Notes: generated from the letters alone by a model not told the origin. A stretch of 64,000 nucleotides of DNA from Neoconidiobolus thromboides FSU 785 (GCA_025603075.1 MU626260.1:124001-188000), one strand, 5' to 3'; positions 1 through 13,000 are shown, counted from the stretch's first letter. Numbers and translations: made by a program.

Positions 1-229
1 TAAATTAATATTGAATATTATACAGCAGTTAAGTAATATTAATATTAATACGGTTTTAATTAGATGGAAAACGTTAGAATTTTTATTTTTTTATTTATTA
101 CCTGAACATGACCGTAGTCAAAAAATGGATCAATCTTTGATCAAAAGCAGTGAAGAAAAGCAAGAATTCATTGCTCAATTACTAGGTCAAGTATTTGTTA
201 ATGAATTACAAAAAATCTTTTCATTTTAA
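1..229 (+). CDS. 3' end of a gene (last exon 64-229), probably the septation-initiation-network Cdc14 (S. pombe Cdc14/SepM family, not the phosphatase)
   Basis: Acceptor ttaattag at 61-63, then RWKTLEFLFFYLLPE...KSSEEKQEFIAQLLGQVFVNELQKIF*. This resembles the family C-terminal K-x-x-EFL-x-FYL-x-x-E...EEKQ motif as I recall it. The 5' part lies outside the window. Confidence 0.5.
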   Translation, partial: KLILNIIQQLSNININTVLIRWKTLEFLFFYLLPEHDRSQKMDQSLIKSSEEKQEFIAQLLGQVFVNELQKIFSF

Positions 230-467
230 AAAAGAAATTCAGTTTTTTTAATATCTTTTATTCTTCTCTTTTGTTACCTTCTTTTCTTTCCACTTTTTTC
301 TAATTAATACTCCCTATCCTGTTAATCCTCTTATTGTTTTTTAGATCTTTTTTAGAGCTTATTGCTCGATTCAAATTTCAATTTTTTAAATTGTTCAACT
401 TCAATAAGGAAATAAACAATATAAAAAAGACGAAATCCTTTAATTTTATTTCACTTTATCCAAAAAA

Positions 468-3400
468 TTAAATTTCAGCCCAACGTTTCATAAAATCCAA
501 GATACAATTTTTAGCTTTGATAATATTTAAGATTCTTAATCTTTCATTAGCTAAATGCGCTTGATCGGAAGCTTGTCCCATTGGATAATGTAATGCTGGC
601 GCTTTAAAATGAGTTTCCAACCATGGTACAGTGGGAATGGAACCACCTTCTCTTATATTTATAGGGGAATAGTTCCATTCCTAATAAAGTAATATTTAAT
701 AACATTATCAATTTGTATCTATTATTGCTAGCTTACCTTCTTAATAACTTCCCTCATTAAATTATATGAATTATTGGATTTATCACCTAACCACCAATTG
801 GAACTTTGTCGAATTGTAATCTAATTGATATTATTTGTTCAATTCACTATCTTATTGAATAAAAATTATTTCTTTGTTACCTCAATTTTATTTTTACTAT
901 TTAATTGTGAAAATAGTTTTTCAATAAATTCAATAAAACTTTGACTAATAGCATTAATATCTTGATCCGGCACAATTCTCATGGATACATCCGCTCTTGC
1001 CCAATTCGGTATCACAGTACTATGTGTTTTAGGTCCTGAAGAATCCATTTTATGGATGGTGAATGTAGGCTCACGCCATTGTTGTTGTATATTACTTATA
1101 TTCACTTTTTTGTTTTGTTCGATTTTACTAGAATTATTTAAGTTAATATAAAATCTTAAGACGAAATAACAAATAGCAAAATTTACTTAAATATTTCAAT
1201 TAACTCTTTATATTCTTCCGACTCTTCATCAGTTATTTCTCTTACTTTAGCATAAAATTCTATTTATTATTATTATTATTATTGTTAGGTATTAAATATT
1301 TATAATTATTACCAGGTATTAAAACCTTATTATCTTTATCACTAATTAATTTCGATAATAAATGGGTAAGATCAATCAATGGCTCTGCAATAACTCCACC
1401 ATAGACCCCAGAATGAGAATCGTTTTGATTATTATATATCTAGTTAATGTTATTAATGTTAGTATTATATCATATTAAGTTACCTTGATAGAAGCATGAA
1501 TTACACCTCTTAAACCATAAGTTAAACAGGGAATGCTCTCTCCCAACCAATAAGAATTACTATTTTAAAATCATTAAAATTATTATATTTTTTATACTTT
1601 TTTTTTACCTTAATAAAATTAAATCAATGTTTCCAAGTAAATTAGAGATAGAAGCTACCGATTCATAAAATCCAATACTACCGGACTCCTCTTCTCCTTC
1701 AATTAAAAAGTGAACATTACTTTTTAATTCTTTTTTCTTAAATAAATTAAAGATCGAAAATATCATTGTAATTATTGGTCCTTTATTATCTGTGATTCCT
1801 CGTCCGTATAAATATCCGTCTTTACCTATTTTTTTATATTAATATTGTATTATTATTATTATTTGAATTATTATATAATTAATAAATTACCATTTAGTAT
1901 AAATGGATTGTTATTATCCCAATCCTTAGGATTGGCAGATACTACATCGTAATGGCCATAAAATAATAAATTTTTAACTATATCAGTATTAATAGTGTTA
2001 ATGCAATTAGCATTGAATTTGGCATAAACAATGGGATTTCTTTGACTATTGTTTTTAATAATTTTACATTCAGCTCCTAAGTGTTTTATTTATATACGTT
2101 AGTTTAAATTATTATGACATAATTTATATGGAATGTATTGTTTACCTAGTTGTAAAAACAAATTCTTTAAAAATTTACTAGCTAATCGACAATCTTCTTG
2201 ATGATGAATTGACCCACTTATACTTGGTATTAAGATGAATTTTTCTAATACATGAATTATATTGTCTAGTTAAAAATAAAACAAGTAAGTATTAAATAAA
2301 TATATAATAAATACTATCTTACCAATTAAATCATCTTCAAATATAATTTTATAAGAATTGTTATTATTGTAATTATTTAATTCATTATTAAAATTTAATG
2401 GGGAGTTAAAATTGTTAATTTTCCAAATCTATTTAAAAATTTATACAGAAATTATTAATATCATTCCGTTTCTCCAAAATGAAAAAAAACTACCTTAATA
2501 AAAGAATCTGAACTTGAAGAATATAATGTAAAATCAAAGTCTGATATTAAACATAAGATACTATTTTCATGACCTTGCATTGTTCCTATACATTCTAAGT
2601 TTCGGTTCCATTTCTACAATAACAATAATAATAATAGTATTATTAATAACATTTCATTAAAATTCCATTCAATAATAGTACTCACTTTAATAAACCCGTT
2701 AGAACAAGCTGAATATAATTCGTTATTTAATATCGACATGGCCATAATATCATCCTAAAATAAACTCATAAATCGATTTTCAATTTATCAGCATAATAAA
2801 TATATTTACATAATGCCCAATTAATGTACGGACCTTTTGAAATGTATCTAAATCCCAAACTGTAATCGTACCTGTTTGAAGTCCAGCAAATAAAAGTCCA
2901 TTTTGTATTTGTAAACAATAAATTGACAAGATATCTTTCTTATTTTCATTTAATATTTTATGCTCAAATATTAAACTTGGATTATTGTTATTAATTTTCC
3001 ATATCTAAGCTATTATTACTGTCATTGTTATTATTAAAACTTAATTCCTTACTTTAATACTACCATCAGCAGAGCCTAAATATTAAATTATTATTAGAAA
3101 CCATAAATCAAATACTTTTTATATAATTAAATTACCAGAAAACAAATATTCATTCTCATCATCTGGTAAATTATCAATAATTAATGAATAAACAGCCCCA
3201 TGATGAGCAAAGGAATGAATTGAATTGGAATGAATTTGATAAAAGCTATTATTCTCCTCATTAATATTCTCCTTATCTTTTAATTCTTCTTGTTTTTGGT
3301 TTAATTTAAAAAAAGATTTTAAATTACTATTTGGTGGTAAACCAGGTATATTTTTAAAATCAAAATTACTCTTTCCACTTTCACCTCCTTCTTCACTATT

Positions 3401-4261
3401 CTTCTCTACTCCTGAAATATTGTCAAGGCAAAACCACTAATCATATAAAAATTTACTGTTAAAACAAAAAGAAAAAATATTGGAAACACCTACTTGAATA
3501 CTAGCATTTTGACAACCAAAAAACAAAGTGTTTGATAATGGATGATAAACCATAGATAATATATCTCCTACTTGTTCATATGTATTGATAATATACTTTT
3601 GTGTTAAGGTTTTTAAATCCCAAACCTAAAGAAAATCATCAATCTCTCATTTAAACTATTAGTTATTGATTGATTAATATTGACTTACTCGAATAGTGTC
3701 ATCGCCTATCAATAAATAGAAGATAAAATATTAAAACATTATAATTATTTGAAAACAGTAAAAAACTTACTTGAGCCTGAAAACAATAATTGGTCTTTCT
3801 CATTAACACACAAACATAATACTGCTCTGCTGTGTCCGATCAATTCTTTTTCTAATAAATAACTATGTTTGTTCCAGACCTAAATTAATAAACCATTAAC
3901 ATTTTCATTCATTCATTATAAATTAAAATTAAAAATAATTAAGAATTAAAAAATAAAGTTTACTTTGATATTTCCTTCTTTACACCCTGCAATAATATAT
4001 TGTTCATGAATTACTAATGATAAAAAGATGGTATCATTACTCAACTTTTGATAGCACTGTAAATTAGTATCATACCGTTTATCACTAATAGGTTTATTGA
4101 TATAACCTTGGGCTTGAAGAATAAATGTTCAATTGAATTATTGAAAAAGATAGAAAATATTGAATTAATATTAAATAAAATTTACCTTTTCTATCTCCTA
4201 ACTGATCAATAAAACTGGGAAAGGGATCTGGACTACTACCATATAATGGAAATGAAGTCAT
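468..4261 (-). CDS. DUG2: WD40 + M20 peptidase, glutathione degradosome subunit (multi-exon)
   Basis: N-terminal WD40 repeats (VWDLKTL, VWDLDTFQKVRTLIGHY). M20 motifs FYGHYDVV, YLYGRGITDNKGP, FLIEGEEESGS, TYGLRGVIHA, REGGSIPTVPWLE, MGQASDQAHLANER. Stop TAA at 468-470; the start ATG at 4261 is inferred. Confidence 0.9.
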
Positions 4262-4563
4262 TTGTTATTATTATGTTTTATAAGAAAATTATAAAATAAA
4301 ACAAGTAATAAATAGTTCAACCTACATTTTGGGTTTTTATTTCTTTATTCTTGTTTCACCACTGATTTGAATGATTAGGAATTCAATGATATTATTTTCT
4401 TTCAGTTACTGTTACTACTTGAATTTGTTACTGAACTAAATTAATATAGAATGGTGTAATAATCAAAGACAATGACGTCATCTGGTTTATGAAAGGATGC
4501 TATTGAAAATAACAGTAAAATTTAAATAGAACATAAAACAAAAAAAATAAATAACAGCAATTT

Positions 4564-5025
4564 TTATTTGTTAAAATGAGGATCAGAAGCGATGGCCTTA
4601 ATTTCAATCAAAAGATCTGGATTAGGCAACTGATACACAGCCACAGTAGTTCTACTCGGTCCCGTTTCCTTTTTAAAAAATTGATTATAAACTTGATTAA
4701 ACTCTTGATAATATTTCATATCTGTTAAAAAAACAGTTAAATCAATCACATTATCTAAGGTACCATGCGCTTTTTTAAGTATTTTTTCAATATTTTTTAG
4801 GACTGCTGAAGTTTGTAATTTAATATCAAGGAACTTAGTACCATCAGGTTGCACAGTAACCCCTTCATAGCTATTGTCTTCTCGACGACTGCTAATACCA
4901 GATATATAAATTAAGCCATTGTGCTTACGTGCATGGGGATAATGGGCTAATGCTTGAGCCGCATCTTCGAGGATGATGGGGGTACCATTGCTGTGTTGAT
5001 CGAGATGTTGTTTTACAGGTAACAT
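4564..5025 (-). CDS. RidA/YjgF-family protein, 2-aminomuconate deaminase-like subfamily (intronless)
   Basis: Motifs AHYPHAR, ISGISSRREDN, LDIKLQTSAVLKNI, VFLTDM and GPSRTTVAVYQLPNPDLLIEIKAIA; the catalytic Arg is retained. Confidence 0.85.
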   Translation of the reverse strand: MLPVKQHLDQHSNGTPIILEDAAQALAHYPHARKHNGLIYISGISSRREDNSYEGVTVQPDGTKFLDIKLQTSAVLKNIEKILKKAHGTLDNVIDLTVFLTDMKYYQEFNQVYNQFFKKETGPSRTTVAVYQLPNPDLLIEIKAIASDPHFNK

Positions 5026-5277
5026 TTTATATAAAATGAAAAGAAATATTAAAAATAAACTTAGGAAAAAGGAAGGAAATTGAATTTTAAGGATTATTGA
5101 ATTGCAATAAAAAAGATAAATTCATGAATGACTTGATGGATGATTTATGAGAATTATTTGTTACGTGGCCATTATTGGAAATTTTGGGAAGTGGAGTTTT
5201 ATTGGTAGAGGGCTTTTTAGAAGAGTTTTGAGTTTTTTGGAAAAAACTGAGCGAGAAATGAGAATACTCTTTTTTTA

Positions 5278-7917
5278 ATGTTTAAGTTTTATACAACGAG
5301 AAATGAAGAAAGCTTTGGAAATATACCTAAGATACCATACTATTTAATCAACCATCAATGTAAAAAGGGTATTGAAGAGGAAGAGGAAGAGGAAATAATT
5401 CGGAAGAATAAAAGGAAGAAGTTGAATTCTAGTGTTAATAGGCAGGAGAAGCATCTGATTTATACTACTGTTCCTCAAAATGAAGAGAATGAGAATACGT
5501 TGGTTAAGCTAGAACTATATAATGAAGTAGATAAAGAAAGCTATTTGGATCTTAATTTGTTTTATTTAAAAAATGAAGAAGTTGACGAGATTAAGATTGA
5601 CAATAGTATCAATCTTAATAAAACTAGCTTTGAATTAAAAAATGATTCTAATTTCAAATATACTCTAGAAAATTATCAACAAGGTAAGCTCATTATAGAC
5701 AATAAAAAAATGACTCATTTCAATTTTATTAGATAATTATGAAGATATTGAATTAGTTTTATTTAAAATGAATTCTATCGATGATAATAGGTAATTTTAT
5801 TTATTACCTTTTATATGTAATAATTAATAAAAAATAACAGTCCAATACCAACAATAATATTAAACTATAAGAAGATGCAACATATAAGAATAATCACATT
5901 CGATATTAAACAAAATGAAATTAAAATGAAAATGGATTATAAATTTTCATTAAAAAAAGAAATTCAACATTTAGGTTATTTGTATCAACTACAATTAAGC
6001 TTATTAAAAAACAATTTATTTATTAATTTCGTCTTTTCATATCAGTGTAACAACTGTAATTATTTATCTTACTTTTCATCATTAATTAACTATGATTTAA
6101 AACATCGTAAAGTTCAGTTTATTGATAAAAATATAAATAATAATAATCATTATTATTATTCTGTTGTTCAATTTAATCAACAAAAATATTGTTTAATTAG
6201 TAATAACAATGAAAAGAATGAATTAAAATTACAAACTATTATTCAATTTGAAATTCAATCCACACAAAGTATTATTAAACTGTCAAGGAATGAAAAGATA
6301 GAAAAAGTACTAGTTAATGACAAGAAGATAGATTTTAATTATATTCAAGGATATATTATAACTAATAACAATTCCATTTATTATTTTGAAAATCAAGATA
6401 ATCGTTTAATTAGCCCTCCTTTATTTCAATTCGATAATATTCAAGATCTTTTTTCAAGATCTTTAAATATAAATAATGAATTTAAACTATTTATTTATTG
6501 TAATGATATTATTTATTTAATAAATAAGAATCAAAGTATTCAAAAATTAACATTAAAATTAGAGAACCTTCTTTTTATTTGGAATGAATTTATAGTTACT
6601 ATTTATAGTCAACACTTCAATCCCTTTTTATCATTACTTAATTTCAATGAACTCATCTATTGGTTGGAGACAAAGAATAAAAATAATAAGATTTTGGATG
6701 AAATTAATAATAATAATAATAATAATAAAATTCAACAACAAGTACTAAATCAAATACAGGAGAAGAGAGAGATGATGGTTAATGATATTCAATATATTCA
6801 ATCTCAAATTCAACTTAAAAAAAAATTGTTAAATGATTCAATAATAATTTTCAATGAAATTTGTAATAGAAATACATTTAATGAATTAATAGAAAATAAT
6901 AAAGAAAGTAATATTAATAACAACAGTAATTATTCGGATTTATTATTGGGGAACTTATTAATTAATCAAGCCAATTCTACGTTGAATTATTTAAAGATTG
7001 AAAAAATAGAATATTATAAAAAAGAGGAATTGAATTTTTGGTTGAAAATCAAGGTTACAAATGAATCTAAGTAAGTCAATTATTGAAATTAAATTAAATT
7101 TTTTAATTTTAAATGTTTAGTTATTCAATATATAATATTAAAGCTATTATTAATTTAATTTGTAATGAAAATGAATCATCGATTATTAATAATCAAGATT
7201 ATTTAATTTATTATATACAATATGAAAACAATCAAGAAATTATAAAATGTCAAGAAAGTAAAATTGTTTATCTAAAAATTCAATTAAATAAAAAACAGGC
7301 AATAAATCAATTAACGATCAATTCAAATCTACAATATCAATTAAATTTTTCGTATCAATTATTGAATTACAATAATAAAAATTATACATTTCAATCTAAT
7401 TTAATTTTATTTAAATTAACGGAATTAAATAAAATCACTTTATTTCAGTTGATTTCTACAACATTTGAGTGTACTTTTGAGTATAATTTTAAGGCTTTTG
7501 ATATAGATACATTGGTCTGTTTACTGAATAATGTATTAATTAATCAATTTTACTTTATTGATATTAGTTATCGTAACAATATAATTGATGAGTATAACAA
7601 AGAAGTTGAAAACAATATTGATAATAACAGTAATAAGATAGACAATAACATAAACCATATTAACAGTAATGAACCAAATAGCATCCAAATTATTAAGTAT
7701 TATGAGAATGAAGACTTGGAATTAGTATTAATAATACATTTCAAATTAAAAAGGATTCAATTTAAAATTCAAAATTTTTATAAATTTCAAAATTTCATTA
7801 ATTTATTTCTAAATACATTGAATAGGAATTATACAAATTTAAGTAAGTATTTTTATTAATTAGAATTGTAATATTTATAAACTTTTTTTAGATTTTAAAA
7901 TGATTTCTAATAGTTAA
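5278..7917 (+). CDS. ~830-aa N/I/K-rich uncharacterised protein with a beta-rich N-terminus, central coiled coil and beta-sandwich; possible FANCB/FAAP100-like fold
   Basis: Three track ORFs join in frame through introns ~5684-5732, 5791-5840, ~7072-7124 and ~7847-7891; final stop TAA at 7915-7917. The functional assignment is speculative. Confidence 0.7.
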
Positions 7918-8635
7918 TATGGGTCGAAAGATGAGATCACAATAAAATAGGAGAAGATTATTTTTACTTATTATTTTTACTTATTATTTTTAGTATTAAA
8001 ATAAAAATATTTAATGAGTTGAAAAGTTATTGTTACTAATCGCAACTAATTTACAATAGTTGATAAAGTTTAAAAAAGTTAAACTTGTATGAGTTATAAT
8101 ATTGTGTATTATCAAATATATATGTTGAAGATTGAAATTAAAGTGACTAACATATTTAAAAAATTTAATGTAATTAATTTAATATAAATTAAGAAACCCA
8201 GTTTAGTATAGTATTCAAAAAAGTTATAAATAAATCATTAATATTAACATTAATATTATATTTATTTAATATAAAATACTATTATTATCTTTACTCTTAA
8301 AAAATCTTATTTAATAAAATAATTTTTTATTTAGTAAGCATTTTTAAACGATAGATATTAACTTTTTATATAAAAAAATAATTTACAATTAATAAAAAAA
8401 GTAATGAAATTAAAAAAAATACTAGCTTAAACAGATTTAAAATTCTAAGTTATTGAATTATGTTCCAAAATTTGTTTCTAGATGTTCCATTCATAAGCTT
8501 ATTTGTAGAATTTTTATCTTAAAATAAATGATAATATAGGAAGCAAGTGTACTTTCGAAAGTTTAATTCATTGTATTTCTTTCTATCGGGTATACCACTC
8601 CCGCTTTCTTAACTTTATTTTATTAAAATTAAAAT

Positions 8636-8742
8636 ATATAGGGATATATTTTTGTGTTTAAGAACTTTATTAACAATTTTTCCGCTCAAATATGTTTAAA
8701 AAATGGAAAAACTGATGAAATAAAAAAAACCACACCCATATT
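8636..8742 (+). mobile_element. ~107-bp MITE-like dispersed repeat, copy 1
   Basis: atatagggatatatttttgtgtttaagaac...aaatggaaaaactgatgaaataaaaaaaaccacacccatat, clearly similar to the copies at 12.6, 12.9, 32.1 and 40.9-41.2 kb. The ends are imperfect inverted repeats (ATATGGG...CCCATAT). Confidence 0.7.
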
Positions 8743-9504
8743 CTAAAAGAACATAACAACCGGAACTCCCTACTTTATAGAAACTATACCAAATTTAATC
8801 CATTGCTTTCACATTATGTCCTTGGGTTTAATAATTTATTAAGTTCAAAATAGTAAGGTTCCGATTTGGTCTAACAACAGGTAAGAGTTAGTTCTCATAT
8901 TTAAATTAAACGTTCGATACTATAATAGACAAAATGTTTATATTGGACAAATTATAGGCCCAAAATTACATTAAACGAAATGTTGATATTGAAATAAGTA
9001 ATTTACTTTTTTATAACGAGAAAAATCTACATTGAAGAAAATATTCAATATTGCGATAAGCTAAACACCTAGAGCCATGATAAATAAACTATCTTACGTT
9101 ACAATCAATTAAATTCTTAACATTATAATAAATAGACTATCTTCAATTATAAATCAAATATTTGATATCGTAAAAGATGAAATATTCTAAATTGTGATAA
9201 TTAAATGTCCAATATTAAGACGAATAAACTACCTTAAATTCCAATAAATTAAATTGATAAATTATAATAAACATAATATCCGCAATCAAGTAAACTTCGA
9301 TATTTTATGTTAAAATAAAGGAAGTGTTCGACATTAAAATAAAATAAATGTTCTACAATAAGGTAAATTAAATGTTCAGTTTTGAAAAAAATTGGTTGAT
9401 GATAAAAAAATAGTATATAAAGGAGGAATTTCTATAAAAAAAGCAATACAAAATAATCTATTGTATCTTAGAATAGGACTAAAAAACGATAATTAGAAAG
9501 TGAA

Positions 9505-12393
9505 ATGTATAACAGTATCTTTAAGGATAAAATTTTAAACTTTTTTAAAAGATATATTTCAGTCGCAACGTTCTGTTTAGCTGTGATAATCTACATCTCT
9601 ACCTTTCAGCTTATGCTAAACTTTTTAACATTGTCAGAGAAATCGCCAAGCTATTGGAAAGAGTGGCAAAATAATTTTTTAAACAATAAGATAAGTTTAC
9701 CAGCGATTGAGACTGAGGATAATATTTATAAGTATAAATTTAATTTTGATGAATTAAGGAAATATAACGAATTTAACACTGATTTTGCGTATTCCCATTT
9801 AATGAGATTCGGTACCAAGGTACATTCCTATAACACCGATGAGATAAAAGATGTAGAAAGTTATATTCTATCCTACACTGAAGCTTTACAAGAGTTATCC
9901 ATGAAGTTATATGAGAAAAATATAGTTGAAGTAGATTTTGATCGTCGAACTAGTACATTAGCTGAAAAAACATTAAGTAAAATTACATCAAGAAGTGGTT
10001 TTCACACTACCTATTTTGAATCAAGTAACATTTTAGTAAGGGTTCATCCACTTTCATTTACTTTACCGAATAACAAGAATAGTAACAATACTATCAAAAG
10101 TTATGGAAAGCCAGCCTTACTTTTATCTGCCCATCATGATTCACAATCAACTAGTCATGGTGCAAGCGATGATGGCATTTCAGTAGTGTCATTATTAGAG
10201 TCATTAAGATTAAGCATATTGAATCCACCAAAAACTGTTGACCTTATTTACCACTTTAATTCTGGAGAAGAAAAGGGAATGCTTGGATCAAAAGCATTTT
10301 TATTACATGAATGGAAAAATGATGTTAAGGGATTTATTAATATGGAAGCCTCAGGTATTGGAAACAGAGGAATGATATTCCAATCTTCAAGTAATATAAT
10401 TAATAAGGCATTTTCAAAGACACCCCATCCACATAGTTCAGTTATTGCATTTACCGGCTTTAAATTAAGAGTAGTGAATTCTAACACGGATTTTCAAATC
10501 TATAATGCTGCTAATATTCCAGGAGTAGACTTTGCTATTTATTCAAATAGAGCGTTTTATCATACTTATAAAGATGATGCTTCTAACATGCATTTTGAAT
10601 CACTCAAAGTATTTGGTGAGACCGTGTGTTCAGCAATCAGTACTTTAGGGAAATCAAACGAAATTGATAAACTGGGCGACTCAGAAGATGGAGGTGTATT
10701 TTTTGATGTTTTAGGTTATTTTTCAGAGGTTTACTCATTCAAGTCGTATATTATAATATGCTCAATAGTAGCAACTTTGCAATTTATTTCAATTGTACTT
10801 ATTATAATTAAAACTGTTTATCTTAATTTAAACAAGAATGAAAATAATTTATCTCTAACTATAAGATTCACATTTCTCCCTATTCTTCGTGGACTTATTG
10901 CCATTATAGTAGGTATTTTATTTTATGTTGCCTTGGCAGTTGCATCCAATTACTTTTGGGTTAGCGGTGAAGGTATGGCAGCACATAGCAAATCAGATTA
11001 TGTGTTTGGATCTTATACATTCCTTGGATTAGTATGCTTGAGTGTAGCAATTTATTTATGGTCGTGGTATGAAAATGGCCGACAATTGGATTTGATTGAG
11101 CCTATTTTAATCCAATCAAGTGGTATATTTTGGTTGGTCTGTAACATCCTTAATATTGTACTATTGACTAAAGGGTTAGGTCCATTATATTTTTTGAGCA
11201 TCCTATCTATATTTAATTTTATATATTCAACAATACATGGTTTATTATTTAAGTATAATTATCCAAGCTTAAGTATTAATAATTATAAGAAATGTGCTAT
11301 GAATTTAAGTGACAATAGCTCTAATGACGATATCTCTAATGGTAGAGTCTCCAATGATGTTGCTTCCAATGATATCATCTATAGTAGTAACAAATATAAC
11401 CGCTATGTTGATGTTTTTAATAATTTATTACTATTTTTAATTATAATATTGTCCAATTTATTTTTCCAAGAAATAGTAATAGCGGTATTAGCAGGATTAA
11501 CACAAACAATCCCAACTGGCGGCAAAAAGACTGTTGTTTATTATTTTATTTCAAGCTTGGGGGGAGTATCTACTTTAATATCAATCAATTTAATACCAAA
11601 AGTAATTAAGAGAATTCCGATTAAGATGATGATTACCTTTTTAGTTATATGGATCATCATCTCAATTTCAGTATTTTTTAGTTTCCCAGTGAATGAAAAA
11701 GCACCATTAGTATTTCAAATTGGACAAAATAAATGTATTTCAGAGGAAATTGGATGTAATTTAATGAGAGAAAATATAGATCCGTTTAGTTTTGATAGTA
11801 ATGATAACTCTTACGGTTCAATTACTTCTACTTCTTATTTAAAAGAAATCATTAACAGTATTCCATCTGCAAAAGATAATCCTTTATCGAGTATTAAGCC
11901 TATTGGAGATCAATATGTTTATCACTATTCTGCCCCTGAGCCTATCTTTCCAATTGAGAATTACAAACTTATTAATGCTACTTTAAAAAAAGGTACATCA
12001 GATAATAATGACCTTAAACTAAGGGTTCAACTTAACGCATACAGAAGTAATATATGCTTATTAAGTTTTTATAAACAAGATGTCACAAATATAGCCATTA
12101 AGACAATTAATTCTAAAAATAAAAATGAGAGGTTAGTTATAGACAGTTATAACCAAAACGAAATTGTTTTAATGAGAAGAGATTACAATTTCCCATTCGA
12201 AGTATCTTTTGATTATTTAAAAAATAATACATTCCCAGCTATTATTAAATTAGGCATTTCATGCTTCTATGATGATCCAAAGTTCATCCCAGCTGTTCAA
12301 GAGATCAATGAACATATGCCTCGTTGGTCTACAGTCTCTACTACTAGAGTTGGTGTTTTATATCTCTTTAAAGATTTCGTCTTTGAACTTTAA
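9505..12393 (+). CDS. PFF1: M28-family multi-pass membrane metalloprotease (Pff1/ERMP1-like), single exon
   Basis: Zinc-ligand motifs SAHHDS, GASDDG, GEEKG, FINMEASG, SNTDF and YHTYKDD, followed by about 8 hydrophobic segments and a soluble C-terminal domain. Confidence 0.85.
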   Translation: MYNSIFKDKILNFFKRYISVATFCLAVIIYISTFQLMLNFLTLSEKSPSYWKEWQNNFLNNKISLPAIETEDNIYKYKFNFDELRKYNEFNTDFAYSHLMRFGTKVHSYNTDEIKDVESYILSYTEALQELSMKLYEKNIVEVDFDRRTSTLAEKTLSKITSRSGFHTTYFESSNILVRVHPLSFTLPNNKNSNNTIKSYGKPALLLSAHHDSQSTSHGASDDGISVVSLLESLRLSILNPPKTVDLIYHFNSGEEKGMLGSKAFLLHEWKNDVKGFINMEASGIGNRGMIFQSSSNIINKAFSKTPHPHSSVIAFTGFKLRVVNSNTDFQIYNAANIPGVDFAIYSNRAFYHTYKDDASNMHFESLKVFGETVCSAISTLGKSNEIDKLGDSEDGGVFFDVLGYFSEVYSFKSYIIICSIVATLQFISIVLIIIKTVYLNLNKNENNLSLTIRFTFLPILRGLIAIIVGILFYVALAVASNYFWVSGEGMAAHSKSDYVFGSYTFLGLVCLSVAIYLWSWYENGRQLDLIEPILIQSSGIFWLVCNILNIVLLTKGLGPLYFLSILSIFNFIYSTIHGLLFKYNYPSLSINNYKKCAMNLSDNSSNDDISNGRVSNDVASNDIIYSSNKYNRYVDVFNNLLLFLIIILSNLFFQEIVIAVLAGLTQTIPTGGKKTVVYYFISSLGGVSTLISINLIPKVIKRIPIKMMITFLVIWIIISISVFFSFPVNEKAPLVFQIGQNKCISEEIGCNLMRENIDPFSFDSNDNSYGSITSTSYLKEIINSIPSAKDNPLSSIKPIGDQYVYHYSAPEPIFPIENYKLINATLKKGTSDNNDLKLRVQLNAYRSNICLLSFYKQDVTNIAIKTINSKNKNERLVIDSYNQNEIVLMRRDYNFPFEVSFDYLKNNTFPAIIKLGISCFYDDPKFIPAVQEINEHMPRWSTVSTTRVGVLYLFKDFVFEL

Positions 12394-12591
12394 ACGTTTT
12401 CTTTAAAATAATAAAGTATCACACTTTTTAATATTTTTTATTAACTGAATTTTGCATTTTTAATAATTTTGTGGTATTTTTAGGATGTTTATAACTATTC
12501 ATATATGCTTTTTTTTTAAAAATACGAGGAATCACTTTGTTTAATCATTTCCAATGCTAAATAAATATTAAAAGGCTAATACCCAAACATG

Positions 12592-13000
12592 ATATGGGAG
12601 TGTTTTTTTTGACTTCATTATTTTTTCCACTTTTTAAGCGCTATTTGAGTGGAAAGATTGTAGTAAAATTCTTAAACACAAAAATACATCCCCATATTCT
12701 ATAAACACCTTTCCTCATGTAGATATTTACTTGCTACACTTTTTTATTAAAAAAAATGCAAAATATTTAAAATAGCAATATTTAAAATAGATCTAATTCA
12801 ATATTTCATTCACTATAAATATTGTGTTTAATCATATATGTTAATTCAAATGATAATATAAATAATCTTCTTTACGATTTTATTATTTTATAATATAGAT
12901 ATGGGGATGTATTTTTTTGTTTAAGAATTTTACTACAATCTTTCTACTCAAATAGCGCTTAAAATGGAAAAATAATGATATTAAAAAAATAGCCCCATAT
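12592..13000. mobile_element. Two inverted copies of the ~110-bp repeat (12592-12702 and 12894-13000) around a ~190-bp spacer; foldback/MITE-like element
   Basis: The reverse complement of the left arm aligns to the right arm along its whole length with only scattered mismatches (shared core tttaagaattttactacaatcttt(c/t)..actcaaatagcgcttaaaa). Confidence 0.8.

Noticed and set aside
12592-13000. Assignment of the inverted repeat to the Mutator superfamily
   Set aside because: No 8-10 bp target-site duplication is visible, and the arms also occur singly elsewhere.
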